DNA of 64,000 nucleotides from Octopus vulgaris (GCA_951406725.2 OX597816.1:134912001-134976000), one strand, 5' to 3'; positions 13,237 through 27,041 are shown, counted from the stretch's first letter. A program made the numbers and translations. The notes: generated from the letters alone by a model not told the origin.

Positions 13237-14759
13237 ATCAATTGCCTATATTCTAAAGAGATTAATAAGTAATTGTTTAACAAATTTGCAGATCTTCTGT
13301 GATATATGTGGGGATTTTGTTTTTCAAACTTTATTTATTGGTTTCCATTCCTTTAAGATTTGTTTCTTAGGCGGAAAGACGAGTAAATCAGATCCTAACT
13401 ATAGTGTTTGATATCCATTATTCACAACAAATAAGAATACTGAATTCTCCAATCTAATGGAAAAGGGGTACCTTAATTTCATTGATTCATAAAATAGAAA
13501 TCATTGAAACAGGATTAACTTCGTCATTCTGCTGATATATCTTCTGCGTAGAATGTATCATTTACGCAGAATGATGTATCTTATCATGTGATACAATCTG
13601 CGTAGAATGTATTGCATTTTAATGTATCATAGAGCTTATTGGTTGGCTGTTTCCTGGAAACAACGAAATAAGTTAATATTACATACGTTATGCAGAGATG
13701 CTGCACACCAGATGTCTCTGAAGTTCAGTAAACGAGGATAGAAGAAGAAAAAAACAATATCGATTAGGTTAGTAAATCAATAACATGGATGTTGAACCTT
13801 TGATGTTAACTATTGCAGTTAAAGAGATACCTTTCGGGTAGTAATGACTCATTGGTTCTTAATTACATAATTTTATAAATAATCAATAATTGTTACAGAC
13901 GCCATCTTGATTGTATCGTTAAGAAGTTCTCTTCGCAACAACGTGGGTTCGGATTCGATCTCAAGGTGCAATACTTTGCTAGGTGAGATTTCTATGGCAG
14001 CCTACCTAAGGTACCGTTCATTTTCTTCGGGTAGTAAGAAACTTTAGGGAGATCTGAACAGCATATCTTCAGAGAAGAAACACCACCACCACTCATGCAA
14101 TTGCTTCGATTCTTAACTACTTATATTCAAAGGAATACTTATATTCAAAGGAGGCTGGGGCGCATCCAGGTCGTGATTCCTAGTTACCTCTCACCTGCTA
14201 CATTTTGTGCTACTGTCTGCATTGCAATCTTCCTAGATGTTAAGATTCCCCAGAACCCAGTTTAACCCTTCTCCTTTACTTGCTCTTAGTAGAGTCCATT
14301 CTGTTGCAAGTAACTTCTATCACTCACGAAGGACTGAAAGAAGTTACAGGCAGTTGCCGTCCTCCCTTAACTGATTAATTAAAAGGTAAATAAAAATATA
14401 TATTATATTGGTTAAAGAAAGCTCTATTACGCAGCTCTACACTTTTAAAGTTAAAAGACTTTGGTGGCTGGTAGCTAAAAGAAAAATAACTGGTCGACTG
14501 CACAACTTGTGTCGTAGTTACAAATGGCAAAATAACTAATGACAAGAAACATTTATAAAACGACTAGACTGATAAGTTGGGTAAAAAAGACTTGTATCAA
14601 CGTATTATGTCAATTCTTAATTTTTGCAAATCCTTGCTTTAAACTCGCGTATTAAAAGCACATCTTTTAAATATAGACAATATAGCACTGAACTCCATGA
14701 ATTAGTGTCTTTTGTGTGATAAATAAATATTACACGAAAAGGATGAGTCCAAAGACCTA

Positions 14760-15752
14760 AAGCCAGCTGAAAAGTTCATGGGCTGACCAAGATACTCTCA
14801 TTGAATGTGACCAAATGAGGTTTATTTTTCGATACATCTACCCCCCCCCCCGTCTTGCAGTCCACATATTTCTTCCGTTAGTGTTGCAGTGCTTGGATCC
14901 AGTGATGAAGCTTTTATCCTGTTTATCAAAAAAAGTTATCAACAGCAGACATGACGTCGTCACCACTGCGATACTGGTTCCCATCTAAGTGGGGTTTTTT
15001 TTATGTTGAGGAACAGTTGATAGTCAGATCGGGCCAAATCAAGAGAATAAGGAGGCCGATCAACCAGTTCAAAGCCACAGTCACACACAGCAGCCATTGA
15101 AACCATGGACTTATGTACTGGAGCATTATTCTGATGAAACGACACCTTTTGCTCAGTTTTCCTGGGCATTTGGTCCTTATAGCCTTTCGCAACTGCCTCA
15201 GCAAATTGGCATAGTATTCTCCATTGATGGTGACCCTTTTGAAGATAATCAATAAACACAATGCCTTTTGCATCCCCCCAAAACAGGTCTTCCCCTTCAC
15301 AGCAGATGAAACGACTTTGGCCTTCTTTGGAGCAGGTGAGGAGGGGTGTTTCCACAGCATAGATTGTCTCTTTGTCTCTGGCTCAAAGTGATGGACCCAA
15401 CACTCATCCTGGCTTAGGAAACGTTCAAGAAAACTATCTGAATCTGCCTCAAACAATGTCAGATTTTTCTGTGATGTGATCAGTCTGGTGCGCGTTTGAT
15501 CAGGTTTCAGAAGATGTGGCACCCACTGAGCAGAAACATTGTCGTGCCAAATTTACTGTGCAGAATATTCTCAACACTCTCATGAGATATACTAACAGCA
15601 TTGGCTATTTGATTTATAGTCAATCGCCTGTCATCTATCAGCACGCGGTGAGCACAATGTTTTCCTCTGTGATGGCAGTTGCAGGACATTCAGAGCTTGA
15701 GTCTTCTTCAAGACTCTCGTTCCTCCTCTTAAATTCAGCTGTCCACTGTTAT
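14760..15752 (-). pseudogene. Decayed mariner (DD34D) transposase
   Basis: Frameshifted pieces: DDRRLTINQIANAVSIS, (W)VPHLL, SQDECWVHHFEPETKRQS, FHQNNAPVH, PPYSLDLARSDYQLF. Confidence 0.9.
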
Positions 15753-15842
15753 TCTATTTTAGCCAACTCGGATGCATGAAAGATGACGTCGTCGGATCTA
15801 AATTCTGACAGTAAAGAGCCAGAACACGTATTGGTTTCAAAT

Positions 15843-16038
15843 TGGCTTCAAATTTAGGATCAAAGCCAGCAATTTAGTGGGAGGGATTACATCGACCGCC
15901 AGTGCTCAGCTGGTACTTATTTTATCGACTGCGAAAGGACGAAAGGCAAAGTAGAGATCGGCGGAATTTGAAGCTGAAACAAAATGTTGCATGGTATTTT
16001 GTTCGACGCTGCTAACATTTCTGCTAATTTGCCGCCTA
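15843..16038 (-). mobile_element. SINE family B, diverged copy
   Basis: ctggtacttattttatcgac...gaaaggcaaagt...gcggaatttgaa...ttgccgcct. Confidence 0.7.
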
Positions 16039-18417
16039 CACTGAATTACGTGAATAAAAGTAAAAATTAACGCAGTGTCATGGAGAAACAAGCAGTTCAG
16101 ACATCCAAGCTTTTTCCAACTGTGTTCAGTAACGTTGCCCTACGTTATATAAGAAAGCCTTTCATTATTTTACATTATCAATAATAACCAGCTATTATTT
16201 CTTTATATACGTGTAATGTCTTTTGAAAGCATAAACCTGAGTGTAGGTCACATATTTAAAAAAAATTAGGCTCTTCTTGCTATTTATTACAGTCCCTTTT
16301 AAAAGCAACCATAAGCTGATTTTGTGACCTACTTTCTACTTCAAATTGTAATCATTTTACCTTGGGTGTGTTGCTATATTTCTGGCAAACTGTATGAACA
16401 TTATTTGATCTCATATCGACTTGTCTATAAATCTCAGGCCTTGTGTCTAAATAAGAAGGCCTTGCTTTTTAATTGCCAAACTTTACAAATATATTTAGTT
16501 TTTCAGCAGTTTGATAATCATGTTAGATTATAACCTCTATTTTAAACATTGTGGTCAACACCTTCATATTCTCTGTTTTTAATTTAAGCTTTCCTGTCGT
16601 ACAAGATCCATAAGAACAGGTGGGAAGTAATAGTTTTAAATTTTCAGTAGCAAACAAAAATCGATTTAGTTTTTCTGTGTAACTGTATATTCCTAAAGAT
16701 TTGCTATTATGAAACCTTGTTAACTTATTGGTTAACGTGCACCTCGAGCTCTAAAGGGAAAAGGAGAGCTATCGTGGGAATTAGTTGTTCTTGATTATCT
16801 ATTTATTGTTTCAGATATATTTACAGTTGTATCGTATTTCTATTCTATTAGACACATGATATCAGTTTAAACAAGGATATTGTGAACAGAATTTCGTTAC
16901 AGAATTTTTCAGAAATATGTCCCAGAGCAATTTTTATGACGTAAAATCACTGAACTTGTACAATCCTTCAGTGAACCTTTACAATATGCTTACGAAAACT
17001 ATACTGCAAAAACAAAAAAGAATCAATAAAAATAAAGCTTAATGGTAATATAAAGAATCCGAGTGAAAGATCTATAATTTTTCTCAAGGAAAAGATAAAT
17101 AGTAAAATTGAATCTACACTAACGTAGCAATATCTCTATGACCAAACAACTAGCAAAAAAAGAAATCAAAAAGAAAACAAAATATTTGTGTACTATTATA
17201 ATAATTTTCAGTGTATTATAATTCATGATTTCAGCTATACTTACCTATAGATGTTTGGTGTATTAATGAGAAAGAATTATTAATTTAATAACTCGAATAA
17301 TAAGTAAAAATCATTGCAAAAACAATGAAGTGATCCAGTCGAAATTCTAAGAATCTGAGGAGATAACCAACACAAAATATACAACGCGCGCGCATATATT
17401 CATATAATTTATTATATATGATAAAGATGAACGCCTGTGTGTGTGTCTGTCGATTTATGGGAAGAAAGGCTTATAGCATCTATATAAAAATTAAAAGTTA
17501 ATTCTTGCGTAAAATTTTCTGAGGAAGATAATGGAAGTGGTCCCGAGTCTCTAGGTACCCCTAAGGGAGCTACAAGCCCTTTTCCAAAACGTTGCACATT
17601 GCGCAGTTCTCACTGAAAAAAATACTGCCCGGTCTAAAGGGAGATAACACATACAAATACATCATGCATATTCTGTATGAACATGCACAATACACACACA
17701 CACACACACACACACACATACGTGTATACACATGCCCTCTAACGCACACATGTACACAAACAAACAAACGAACAAAAAACGTAACGCAGCTTCCGATAAC
17801 GGACATAGTCAACAACTATTGAAGAAGCTGCAAGAAGCAACGAAAATTTTAGAAGAAAAAATTAAATAAATATGTGGAAATCGAACCGATGAGAATTAAT
17901 AAGGCATTAAAACAGAATGACTCTCCCCAGGCACAACAAAACTAAATGTAAGTTCTGGGAAAACTAAAATAGGAAAATTATTCACGTTTTACGATTTTTG
18001 ATCTTCAGTTGTCTCCATTATTCTATGTGTAAGAAGTGTGCTATTCAGAGATAGATTGTTACTATATATACCTATTAAATTTGTGTATGCACTTTGATAG
18101 CATTATTGTATTGTTTTTATTCGTTTCATATTTATATCTTCGAACCACCAGGTTATTTGCCTAAGAAAAGCAGTTTATAATACTTAAGTTCAATAAATTA
18201 TAGTACACAGTAAGCTAAAACGCTAAAACTTTGTGCGCATGCACGGCAGAGTTGAAGATCAATCTGTGTCATGCACCTTAACTCTGCGTGCTTTAGCTTC
18301 GTTACTATAGCAACAGTCCGGATTCTTATTGAGCAGACCACGTATATATATATATATATATATATAATCTGTAAATGTATCATTTATCTTACCATTTTTA
18401 TCAACATATATATATAT

Positions 18418-18660
18418 TAATAGTTATCGCCATACTAATATGGCAGTCCATAAATATAAGACTAAAGCTGTCGCTGATTAGCTCCAAGAGGCCATCGCCT
18501 CTAGCTAGCTATATGACACACGAACCTGCGTCCATTACAACCTTCGAACAGGGGAGGTCAGCCGCTTCACCTTGCTAGTCGGACATCTGCAGACATGTTT
18601 CAGGGTTGTTGCTCTTTATCAATGCAGTGTAGTCAGACCCAGCAGGTGGTGAGTTGTAAT
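18418..18660 (-). mobile_element. Diverged copy of the hammerhead-bearing element family (same family as 54438-55656), in (TA)n
   Basis: Aligns by eye with 54438-54670 (taatagttatcgccatactaatatggca...attagctcca.gaggccatcgcct...gggaggtcag.cgct). Confidence 0.85.
18587..18627 (-). ncRNA. Minimal type I hammerhead ribozyme motif, U3/A8 core
   Basis: Minus strand: CTGCA TTGATAA AGAG-caacaa-CCCT GAAA CATG TC TGCAG (one mismatch in stem II). Confidence 0.7.
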
Positions 18661-19129
18661 GTATATAAGAAATTATATATATATATATATATACAGTAAG
18701 CAGAAGGACCCGGTTTCATTCGGATTATAAACTCGGAGCCTTAACACAGTCCTCTTTGCTTTTAATGTAATTTGACGCCCTACAAGGCAAAGTTAGGTGA
18801 ATATTTCGTAAAGGACCCCTTCGTACTTCGGTGTTTATTCGAGTGCATTCAACGTATCTGACTTCCAAACCCGCCTCAAGTCACTTTTTTCCGGAGAAGA
18901 AAATGGAGGGGACCTCCGAGTTTCTCATAAACATCGTTACAATGGTAAACGCTAGACAGAATGGGTGACAGAATGAAGAGAGAATGATAGAGATGTGTCA
19001 AGGTCGTCGTATAAAATGTGCTTTATTATCTCATACGTAACGAACGCTCAAACACATTCACACTCATATATAAAATGTGACGTCGTGGTATAAAACGCTA
19101 TATTGTATCAATCCGAATGAAAATAAAAA

Positions 19130-19295
19130 TTACATGTTGACACTCGCGGAGTGTCAATTTTTTGTTTATCTGTCTGTTTCCTATGCATTCTTACATAGGT
19201 AATACTATTACCTTGCTAGGAAATTTTGCATAGGTAATACTATTACCTTGCAAAATTTGATTTGATTTGGTGCAGACAGATAAACAAAAAAAATT
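19130..19295. repeat. Small fold-back element with flanking hairpin
   Basis: Hairpin ttgacactc-gcg-gagtgtcaa. Inverted arms aattttttgtttatctgtctg (19156-19176) and cagacagataaacaaaaaaaatt (19273-19295). Internal duplicated palindrome aggtaatactattacct. Confidence 0.6.
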
Positions 19296-20059
19296 ATATA
19301 GAGAGAGAGGGAGATAAAAATAATCCTTTAACGTCCTGATATGAGCTGGACAGTTGACAGGATCAGATGATACCAAAGACTGCACCGTATTCCACTGTCT
19401 GCTTTGGCAAGCAAGCAAGCGCACACACACTCACACATATATATATGCTCATAGCTATGCAACACAACCAAACTACTACAAATAAAAACCAATGAACGAA
19501 ATCCCAGCGAATTAAAACGCTCTAAAACATGAGAAACACGACATTGAAATGATGAGAGCATAAGATACAAAGCACTCTCAATAGCAAAACCTATAAAATG
19601 ATAAACGTTAAGATCCCATCGTCAGCTGCCTATCGGAAATCCGTTTTGTACCATTCAAGCTAACAACATCAGCAGCGTGAAAAGTAAACGCTGCTTAGGA
19701 ATGACAGACATGAAGCAGAGGCCTAGCATAAGGTCGATATATTTATTGAATTGACAACTGCTTAAGGTTACTAAGAACAAAATTTAAAAAACAAAAACGA
19801 ACAAAGCGTTACCAAACATACAGCATGAACTGTCACAGGGTTACAGCTGTTAAACATAAATAAAATAAAGAAAATAGACCAAAAAACGGACATTCTCACC
19901 TAAATTACTACAAAGCAAATAAAATCAAACTATAAATAAGAATGAACTAAACGTAGCAAACTGAAGTTACTAAATATGTAAAGCACTTAAATATATTAAC
20001 AAAAATCTATAAAAATTAAATACGAAAACAATATAACTAAAAGGGTAACATGCCACTCT

Positions 20060-20090
<31 letters not shown>

Positions 20091-20339
20091 GAGAGAGAAA
20101 GAGACTAATGGGTTATCCTGTGTTGCTACAGTTGTTTCGTTAAGAGATTTTTTATGGTGATGTAATTTGGTTCTGTCAAGTATTCAGCATACACAACATT
20201 CATAATATTTTCGCTTCAACTCATTAGGCTCACCAAATACATCTTAACGTTCGCGTGTCAAAAGATGGTACTCTTGTGGTTATATAACCAATGTTTCACT
20301 TTGATCACTCCAGTTTTCTTTCTTGTGTTACATAATAAA

Positions 20340-21461
20340 CACGGCCGCTTTGCTGGCAGTGTGCAACAAAGCAGAACAGAGATCGGTGATCCGATTTCTC
20401 TGGTCTGAAGGTGTCCGGGGTTGCAATTCATCACAGGCTTTCAATATAATGCGGAGACAACACTCTATCGCGTAGAAGTGTGTATAAGTGGATCGAGAAG
20501 TCTAAAATGGTCAGAAAAGTGTAAAGCACGAAGAGGGAGCGAGACGACCATCATCCTCCACCACTGATGTGAAGATTCAGCAAGCTTGAGGAATGGTTCT
20601 GGTGAACCGACGAGTACCCATCGATGAGGTGGCATGCTCTCTACTAATTAGTCATGGTTCTGCATTTGAAATCATCCAAGATAAGCTTCGCTTTTGTAAA
20701 GTCTGTGCATTAATGCCAAGGGAGCTTACCGAAGCGCATAAGCGCAGTTGTGTGGAGATCTGTCAACGCTTACTTCACCGCTACAACGTTGAAGGCGAAA
20801 CTTTTTTTTTTAGAGAATAGTCACAAGAGTTGAGACCGGGTTCCAATACTTTGATCCGGAATCCAAAAGGCAGAGTATGGATTGGAAACACTCAGAATCA
20901 CCAGCGGAAAAGAAATTCAAGATTCAATTTTTGCAGAAAAAAATGATACTGTTTTGGGAGATGCTTAAGGGCCTATACTGGAACATTACCTGGAAAGGAG
21001 GTCTACAGACAATACTCTAGGCTATAGTGAAATGCTGGCCAACAAACTGAAACCAGAAATTCACACCATACGCCAAAATCTATTGTCAAAGTAAAGGTTA
21101 CTGTTGCACGAGAATGCACGTCCACACTGTCAAAACCATTGAAAAATTGGGCTACGTGTTGCTGGAACAGCCTGCATACAGTCTAGATCTCGACCCTCCT
21201 GACTATCATCTCTTTGGACAGTTCAAAAATCCTTTAAGAGGTCGTCGATTTGCTACGGACGAAGAAGCGCAGGAAGCCGTGCATAATTAGTTGCACGAGC
21301 AGTGGAAAACCTTCGGTGGATTAAGCAAGCTTGTAGACCGCTGGAAGAAGTGCGCCGAAAAGTTAGGAGATCGTCGAAAAATGACATAATCGATCAACCC
21401 CTGAATTTGTTTAACTAAATTACAGAAGCAAGAGTGCTAACAATTTTTGACTTACCTTCGT
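20340..21461 (+). pseudogene. Decayed mariner transposase with 3' TIR
   Basis: EQRSVIRFLWSEG, NRRVPIDEVACSLLISHGSAFEIIQDKLRFCKVCA..MPREL, LLHENARPH, PAYSLDLDPPDYHLFG. Ends caatttttgacttaccttcgt. Confidence 0.85.
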
Positions 21462-22440
21462 GTGTATAATGTGTGTGTGTGTGTGGTGAATATCTCGTCA
21501 AGCCACTCACGGTTTGCAAACTCAGAAGTGCTGACGACACTTGAGCTCTGAGAATGCTTGTTTCTTTTGGTTATGGAAGAGATATTTATATTTGTTTATA
21601 TTTGACCTTTAATACTAAGAGCCTTCCCACGCTCAGCGGCTAGATCTGCGAGAAGGACGTGTCAGTTCGGAATCTGCCAAGTTAATGTTATTGATACGCC
21701 TGAGAAAGAAATAAGAGAAAATTTAGTGCATGCTGCATGACACCCTAAGTTTAGCCGTTTTCTGTTAATAGGGTCCTAAAGGTGTGTTGACTAATACCTG
21801 GACCCATCTCCCTCCTTTCCTTGCTCGGTGCGTGTATGTACGAGAGAGAGAGACAGAGAGATCATTACTATATATATGTACGTGTGTTTTATGCGTTTAC
21901 TTACATATACACATAGATATATTGTATAGAGGACATTATTACACATAAATGCCACACGCTAGGAGGAACTCTTAAAGTCATAACTACCAAATATAAACAA
22001 ATCGTACCGAACGCAATTCTCGAAGCGAGTCATTTAAAAACAGAATTTAGCTCCAGGTCACCTGTGATTTCGCAATTAACGCAATATCCGCGTCCCTGGC
22101 TCTTCAGTGAAGCGAATCCAAGATATATCATGAATAAACAAAAACATCATACCAGATAGACAACCATCGCCTCCATCGTAGCATATGGAAATGTTTACCC
22201 ATCATACACCTATGTAAATGGCGGGCTTTTTCGAATTGCATTTCGGTAACAAATTTTTTCGGTAACAAATTTATACAATTTATAGACATAGATAGATAAA
22301 TAGATAGATAGATATAATATGATTAGCCAAATTATGAGTACTTAATTTCCCGTTGCACGCAAAATATGCAACCAGTTACTGGCCAATAAGTTACATTCGA
22401 ATCATTGTAATTCTGCATAAATTATTCGTAACCGGATATA

Positions 22441-22823
22441 TCTCTCTATATATAAACGGCAGTTTGTCTGTGCGTGTTTCTGTGTGTCTGTTTGCTTGTA
22501 CCCTCACCCTGACCACGGCTTTCAACCGATTCTGATGAAACTTGACACACACATAGCCCAATGTCATAATTCAAAACTAACGCAGCGAAAATTTTGAAAA
22601 GTTCCCCCAGTTCTGAAGAAAATCGATAAATTCGACATGGGGTCGAGAATCAGAAACACGAACAACAAACTGTCTAGGGGACGCAACTCCACCTTTTTTA
22701 AATCTCAAAAAAAAATTTACCATTTTTTTTCCATTTTTTTGCTATTTTTTGGCTATAACTCTCTAAAAATGCTTTATAGTTATTTCCCTTACAAACCTGA
22801 GCAACGCCGGGCGATACTGCTAG
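22441..22823 (+). mobile_element. Non-autonomous Helitron
   Basis: Inserted between A and T. 5' TC(tctctatatataaacggc); 3' GC-rich hairpin cctgagcaacgccggg, then CTAG. Confidence 0.8.
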
Positions 22824-23496
22824 TATATATATAATATATATTGTGTGCACGCGTGCTTAAAATATTACTTGAGTTTCAACAACTTATTATAAAACGAAAG
22901 GCAAATACGCAAGTGGATGTGAATGTGTGCGTGCGTATCTAGATCTGTGCGTGTTACTGCAATAGATATAGCTCTTTCATGTCTCATCCTTTATATTTAA
23001 AGTAACTTTGCAATTAAACTGACAACTATGATTTATACTTATAATATTACTTATACTCATATTATTACTGAGCTAAAAAAAACTTTGTCCATTAATTATA
23101 TTTCAATGAAAGTGAATTTGAATTTAATTTCTTATTTAAAGTCTGCTCGTCTGCTTGTCTGGAGTGGTAGTAGTTACTGGCACTGCCACTGTTTACAAAC
23201 AAGAAGCATTTTATTTTCGATCAGGACCATCTTAGATTAAATAATCTTTTAGATATATATCTAGATACAAATATAAATCTTTTATATATATATATATATA
23301 CTAAGAAAAAAAAAAGCAATGGTAATTTGTTAAATATCAGCATGCTGCATTTTCTTGAGTCTTCCCACTCAGTGGCCTCCAGAACACGAGGTTCTTCGCC
23401 TTAAAGATTCACTTTAGAATACTACTTCCAATAAGGAGGAAGTTGGGACAGCCTTATGTATAACATAGCAAGTGCAATGAATTTAAATGGTGTATA

Positions 23497-23833
23497 CTCT
23501 CTTTTCTCTTTTACTTGTTCCAGTCATGTGACTGTGGCCATGCTGGAGCACCGCATTTAGTCGAGCAAATCGACCCCAGGACTTATTCTTTGTAAGCCTA
23601 GTACTTATTCTATCGTTCTCTTTTGCCGAACCGCTAAGTCACGGGAACGTAAATACACCAGCATCGGTTGTAAAGCTATGTTGGGGGAGACAGACACAAA
23701 CATACACACACAAACATACATACACATACATACATATATATGACGAGCTTCTTTCAGTTTCCGTCTCCCAAATCCACTCTGGAACCATGTGGTTCGTAAG
23801 CAAGCTACTTACCACACAGCCACTCCTACGCCT
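23497..23833 (-). mobile_element. SINE family A with internal deletion
   Basis: Matches 3756-4205 except for a ~70-bp deletion after caaatccact. Confidence 0.8.
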
Positions 23834-24330
23834 ATAATATACCAAATGTAATTTAAGCAGTAAATGTTTAATGTTCGATAGATAACCTTTTGCTGTAGTC
23901 TTAGACACCACTAGATCGACAAGTTATTGACGGCTAGAATGCTTTTGGTCATAAGTCTGCAAGATCAGGGCTGATTTGGGACTAAATAACAATAACGAAG
24001 CCAACAACCTCTACGTAAATTCTTATCTTTGCTATGTAAGTGATCACTGCGATGTCTGTGGTGATGGATTCAACTTTCATCATTATTATTAGCCAAATAT
24101 AATGGCTAAACGATTTCTTCTAGGGTGAAAGGAAACATCAGCTGATTAATGCGATAGGATGCGAACTTACGACTCGTCGTCTAACTCTACAATAGTTAAT
24201 AATGGTGTTTAATTTTGGTACAAGGCAGCAATTTTCAGGGAGAGGCTAGTGCTCAACTGGTACTTATTTTATCGACCTTGAAAAAAAAAAACCAAGTCGA
24301 TCTCCACTGAATTTGAACTCAGAATGTTGT

Positions 24331-24539
24331 TTTTAACAAATATCCCCCTAATGCACAGAGTTATCTTTCAATCTACTTAATTATATTTTCTGAGTTAGCT
24401 ACGTTGCATTAATTTGAGTCAACTCAAGGATTATATAAACAAAGATTTTCAAAAAAATATTCAGGCGATACATAAGACTAAGGATACTCATTATTATCCA
24501 GGATATTTTAAACAACTTATCAAATGATTACCGAACGCA
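24331..24539. repeat. Left arm of a ~210-bp inverted repeat pair
   Basis: Reverse complement of 26533-26747, roughly 80% identical by eye, with small indels. Confidence 0.8.
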
Positions 24540-24561
24540 TTTTTGTCCGTCGCTCTAACGA

Positions 24562-24773
24562 TTCTTTTCTACTCTAGGCACAAGGCTCGAAATTTTGGGG
24601 GAGGGGGCCAGTCGATTAGATCTACTCCTGTACGCAACTGGTACTTAATCTATCGACCCCGAAAGGATGAAGGTCAAAGTCGACCTCGCCGGAATTTGAA
24701 CTCGGAACGTAAAAACAGACGAAATACCGCTAAACATTTCGCCCGTTGTGCTAACGTTTTTGCCAGCTCGCCG
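24562..24773 (-). mobile_element. SINE family B copy
   Basis: tatcgaccccgaaaggatgaaggtcaaagtcgacctcgccggaatttgaactc...gccagctcgcc. Confidence 0.8.
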
Positions 24774-25291
24774 TTTTTGCCAGCTAACATTAAAAGCAGA
24801 AATGTATTGTTTGCAATCCGCAACAGCATATAATATATAGACCTTATGTAGATATATCCTATTGATTTAAAGAAAAATGTGATGCATGACTTCAGAATAA
24901 TAACCATAAATTCACAACAGGAATTTTTATTTCCGTTTCTGTTTTGTGTTTTAATGTTTAAATTGCTCAGTTGATTTATACATTTGTCAAATTCTTTTCA
25001 ATAGATATAATTATGTTTGTCTTTAGATGTGACTATGTATATCACTATGTGGTCGTGCGAAACTCAGCGTTTCCTTGTATCTATGTATATGTAGCAGTGT
25101 ACATTTTCCATAGTAAGTCCTTAACGTGAAGAGCACGGAAGAGGCGAACATATTTTATGGCCAAAGTGATAAATCTAATTGACATTTAACAACGGTGGAA
25201 ACTATTTTTTGTTTTCTTTTGGATTGAGATTTTCGTAATGTATTGCTATTTTGCCATTTCTAATTCTTCTTTCATTTCTCTCTTTATCCAG

Positions 25292-25436
25292 TCTTTGCCG
25301 GTTTCTCAAAGCAAGAGACTGGGATATTGATATTGCCGAGAAAGCTTTGAAAGCGACTATAGAATATCGACGGACTGTCAAACCACTAGAAGTAGATTGT
25401 CAGTGGTGTCACGATATACCTGGATATCATTCAATT
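25292..25436 (+). CDS. CRAL-TRIO/SEC14-like protein, internal exon (CRAL-TRIO N-terminal helix region)
   Basis: Acceptor tctttatccag, donor gtgaga. Encodes LCRFLKARDWDIDIAEKALKATIEYRR (RFL.AR.WD..A motif). Phase 0 end joins 42947. Confidence 0.9.
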
Positions 25437-26532
25437 GTGAGATGTTTTTGATTTTACATCTAATTTCTTCTTGTTCTTCATTTTCTCTCTTTTTTTAAAT
25501 ATTGATTGCTAAATGGTATCATACTTTCGCTGCTCATTACACAGTGCTCATAAATCATAACCTTCTCCAGATGTGTGTGTGTGTGCGCGCGCGCGCATAT
25601 TATAAGTAGCAATATCATAAAGTATTTCCTCTGATACACCTCTGTAGTAAAAAAAAATTGTATGGTAAAGATCTTCCCTGTTGAAAAGAAAGTACAAACC
25701 ATCATTCCATTATAATTTAGAGATAAGGTTCGCGAGTATTTATTGATCATAAACCTTACCAAAATAAAATATTTTAGATAATAGATCCATTTACATGTCT
25801 AAAAGGACAAATCAAGTTTTGTGTATTAAAAGGATAAACCACACGTGGGAAGCAGAATCGCTGAAGCGGTCACACGATGTGTGATGAAAGATTTTCGGAC
25901 AAAGGACAAAATATGAACAATAATAAATCTGATGAGAAGAACGAATATATACAGCATATTAAAATTATTTACAAAAGATTTTTTTAAAAGATGTCTTGAA
26001 CCAATATATAACTAACACAAAGTTAGAAGTCTTAGAGCAATTGTAATAACAGGATGCGATGCAATTATCACAAGATGTAATATTTGCGCATAAATCACTA
26101 ATACTAACTATTAGACATCCACCAGTGCACAAAATTGTCTGATAATTGCGATATCTTCCTATATTTGTTACAGTTACATGCATTAAACTTTTTTCCGATT
26201 TCTTACTTATTAGTGGTTCTTTTGCTAATAGAATCATCATCTCCACAACTGTCCTGTGTCATAGGACCTGTTGCCCTTAAAAGTCTTTGTTTTAGTCAAT
26301 ACACTCAATTCCAAGTTTCGGAGTGTTACTTCTTCAGCTGGCATACGTACGTGAATATAGATTTAGCATATTTTAGCAGGATTCCCAAAGAATGTGTTAG
26401 CTTTTAATACCTGATCATTAAAAAAAACTGAAAATTAAATATTTCCCATGGTATTAGTTCGTAAAAATAAACTAGTCAGTACAACGTATCTAAGTCTTCT
26501 TCGTTTTTTTTTTTAAGGATACTGCCGTATTT

Positions 26533-26747
26533 TGCGTTCGGTGAGCCTTTGATAGTTGCAATAAGTTGATGTTTAAAATATTATGGATAATAATAAATAT
26601 TCTTAATCTTATGTAGCTCCTTAATACTTTTTGAAAATCTTACTTTATATAATGTTTGAGCAGATTCAAACTAATGCAGCGTAGCTAACTCGGCGAATAT
26701 AATTGATTGAAACATGACTCTCTGCATTACGGGTATATATGTTAAAA
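26533..26747. repeat. Right arm of the ~210-bp inverted repeat pair
   Basis: Reverse complement of 24331-24539. Confidence 0.8.
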
Positions 26748-27041
26748 GCTAAAATCTAGATTCGTTCTGAGTAAATGATTATCTCACTACATACATTTTT
26801 ATATAAACATTTACTGTCCGTATTAACACCTGAAAGTTGTATCAGTATTAGGTATCAACCAATTAACTTCTAAACTGTGTGTATAGATTTTTTAAATAAA
26901 TTTAATTTCAAAATGTTAGTTTAGTTCCTTGTTTACTTATCTTTGAGTAGAACTATATAAGTGAAAAGCGACCGCTTTGAATTATGTTTATATTTCAAGT
27001 TTATACGTGTATCCAGGGGTTGCATTTGCTGTCAGTTTGTG

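Noticed and set aside
19458-20050. Solo LTR (TG...CA)
   Set aside because: No matching target-site duplication and no second copy in the window
25027-25112. Upstream CRAL-TRIO exon (ttag...gtaagt)
   Set aside because: The phase fits, but the in-frame ATG is followed at once by TGA and the peptide has no CRAL-TRIO similarity
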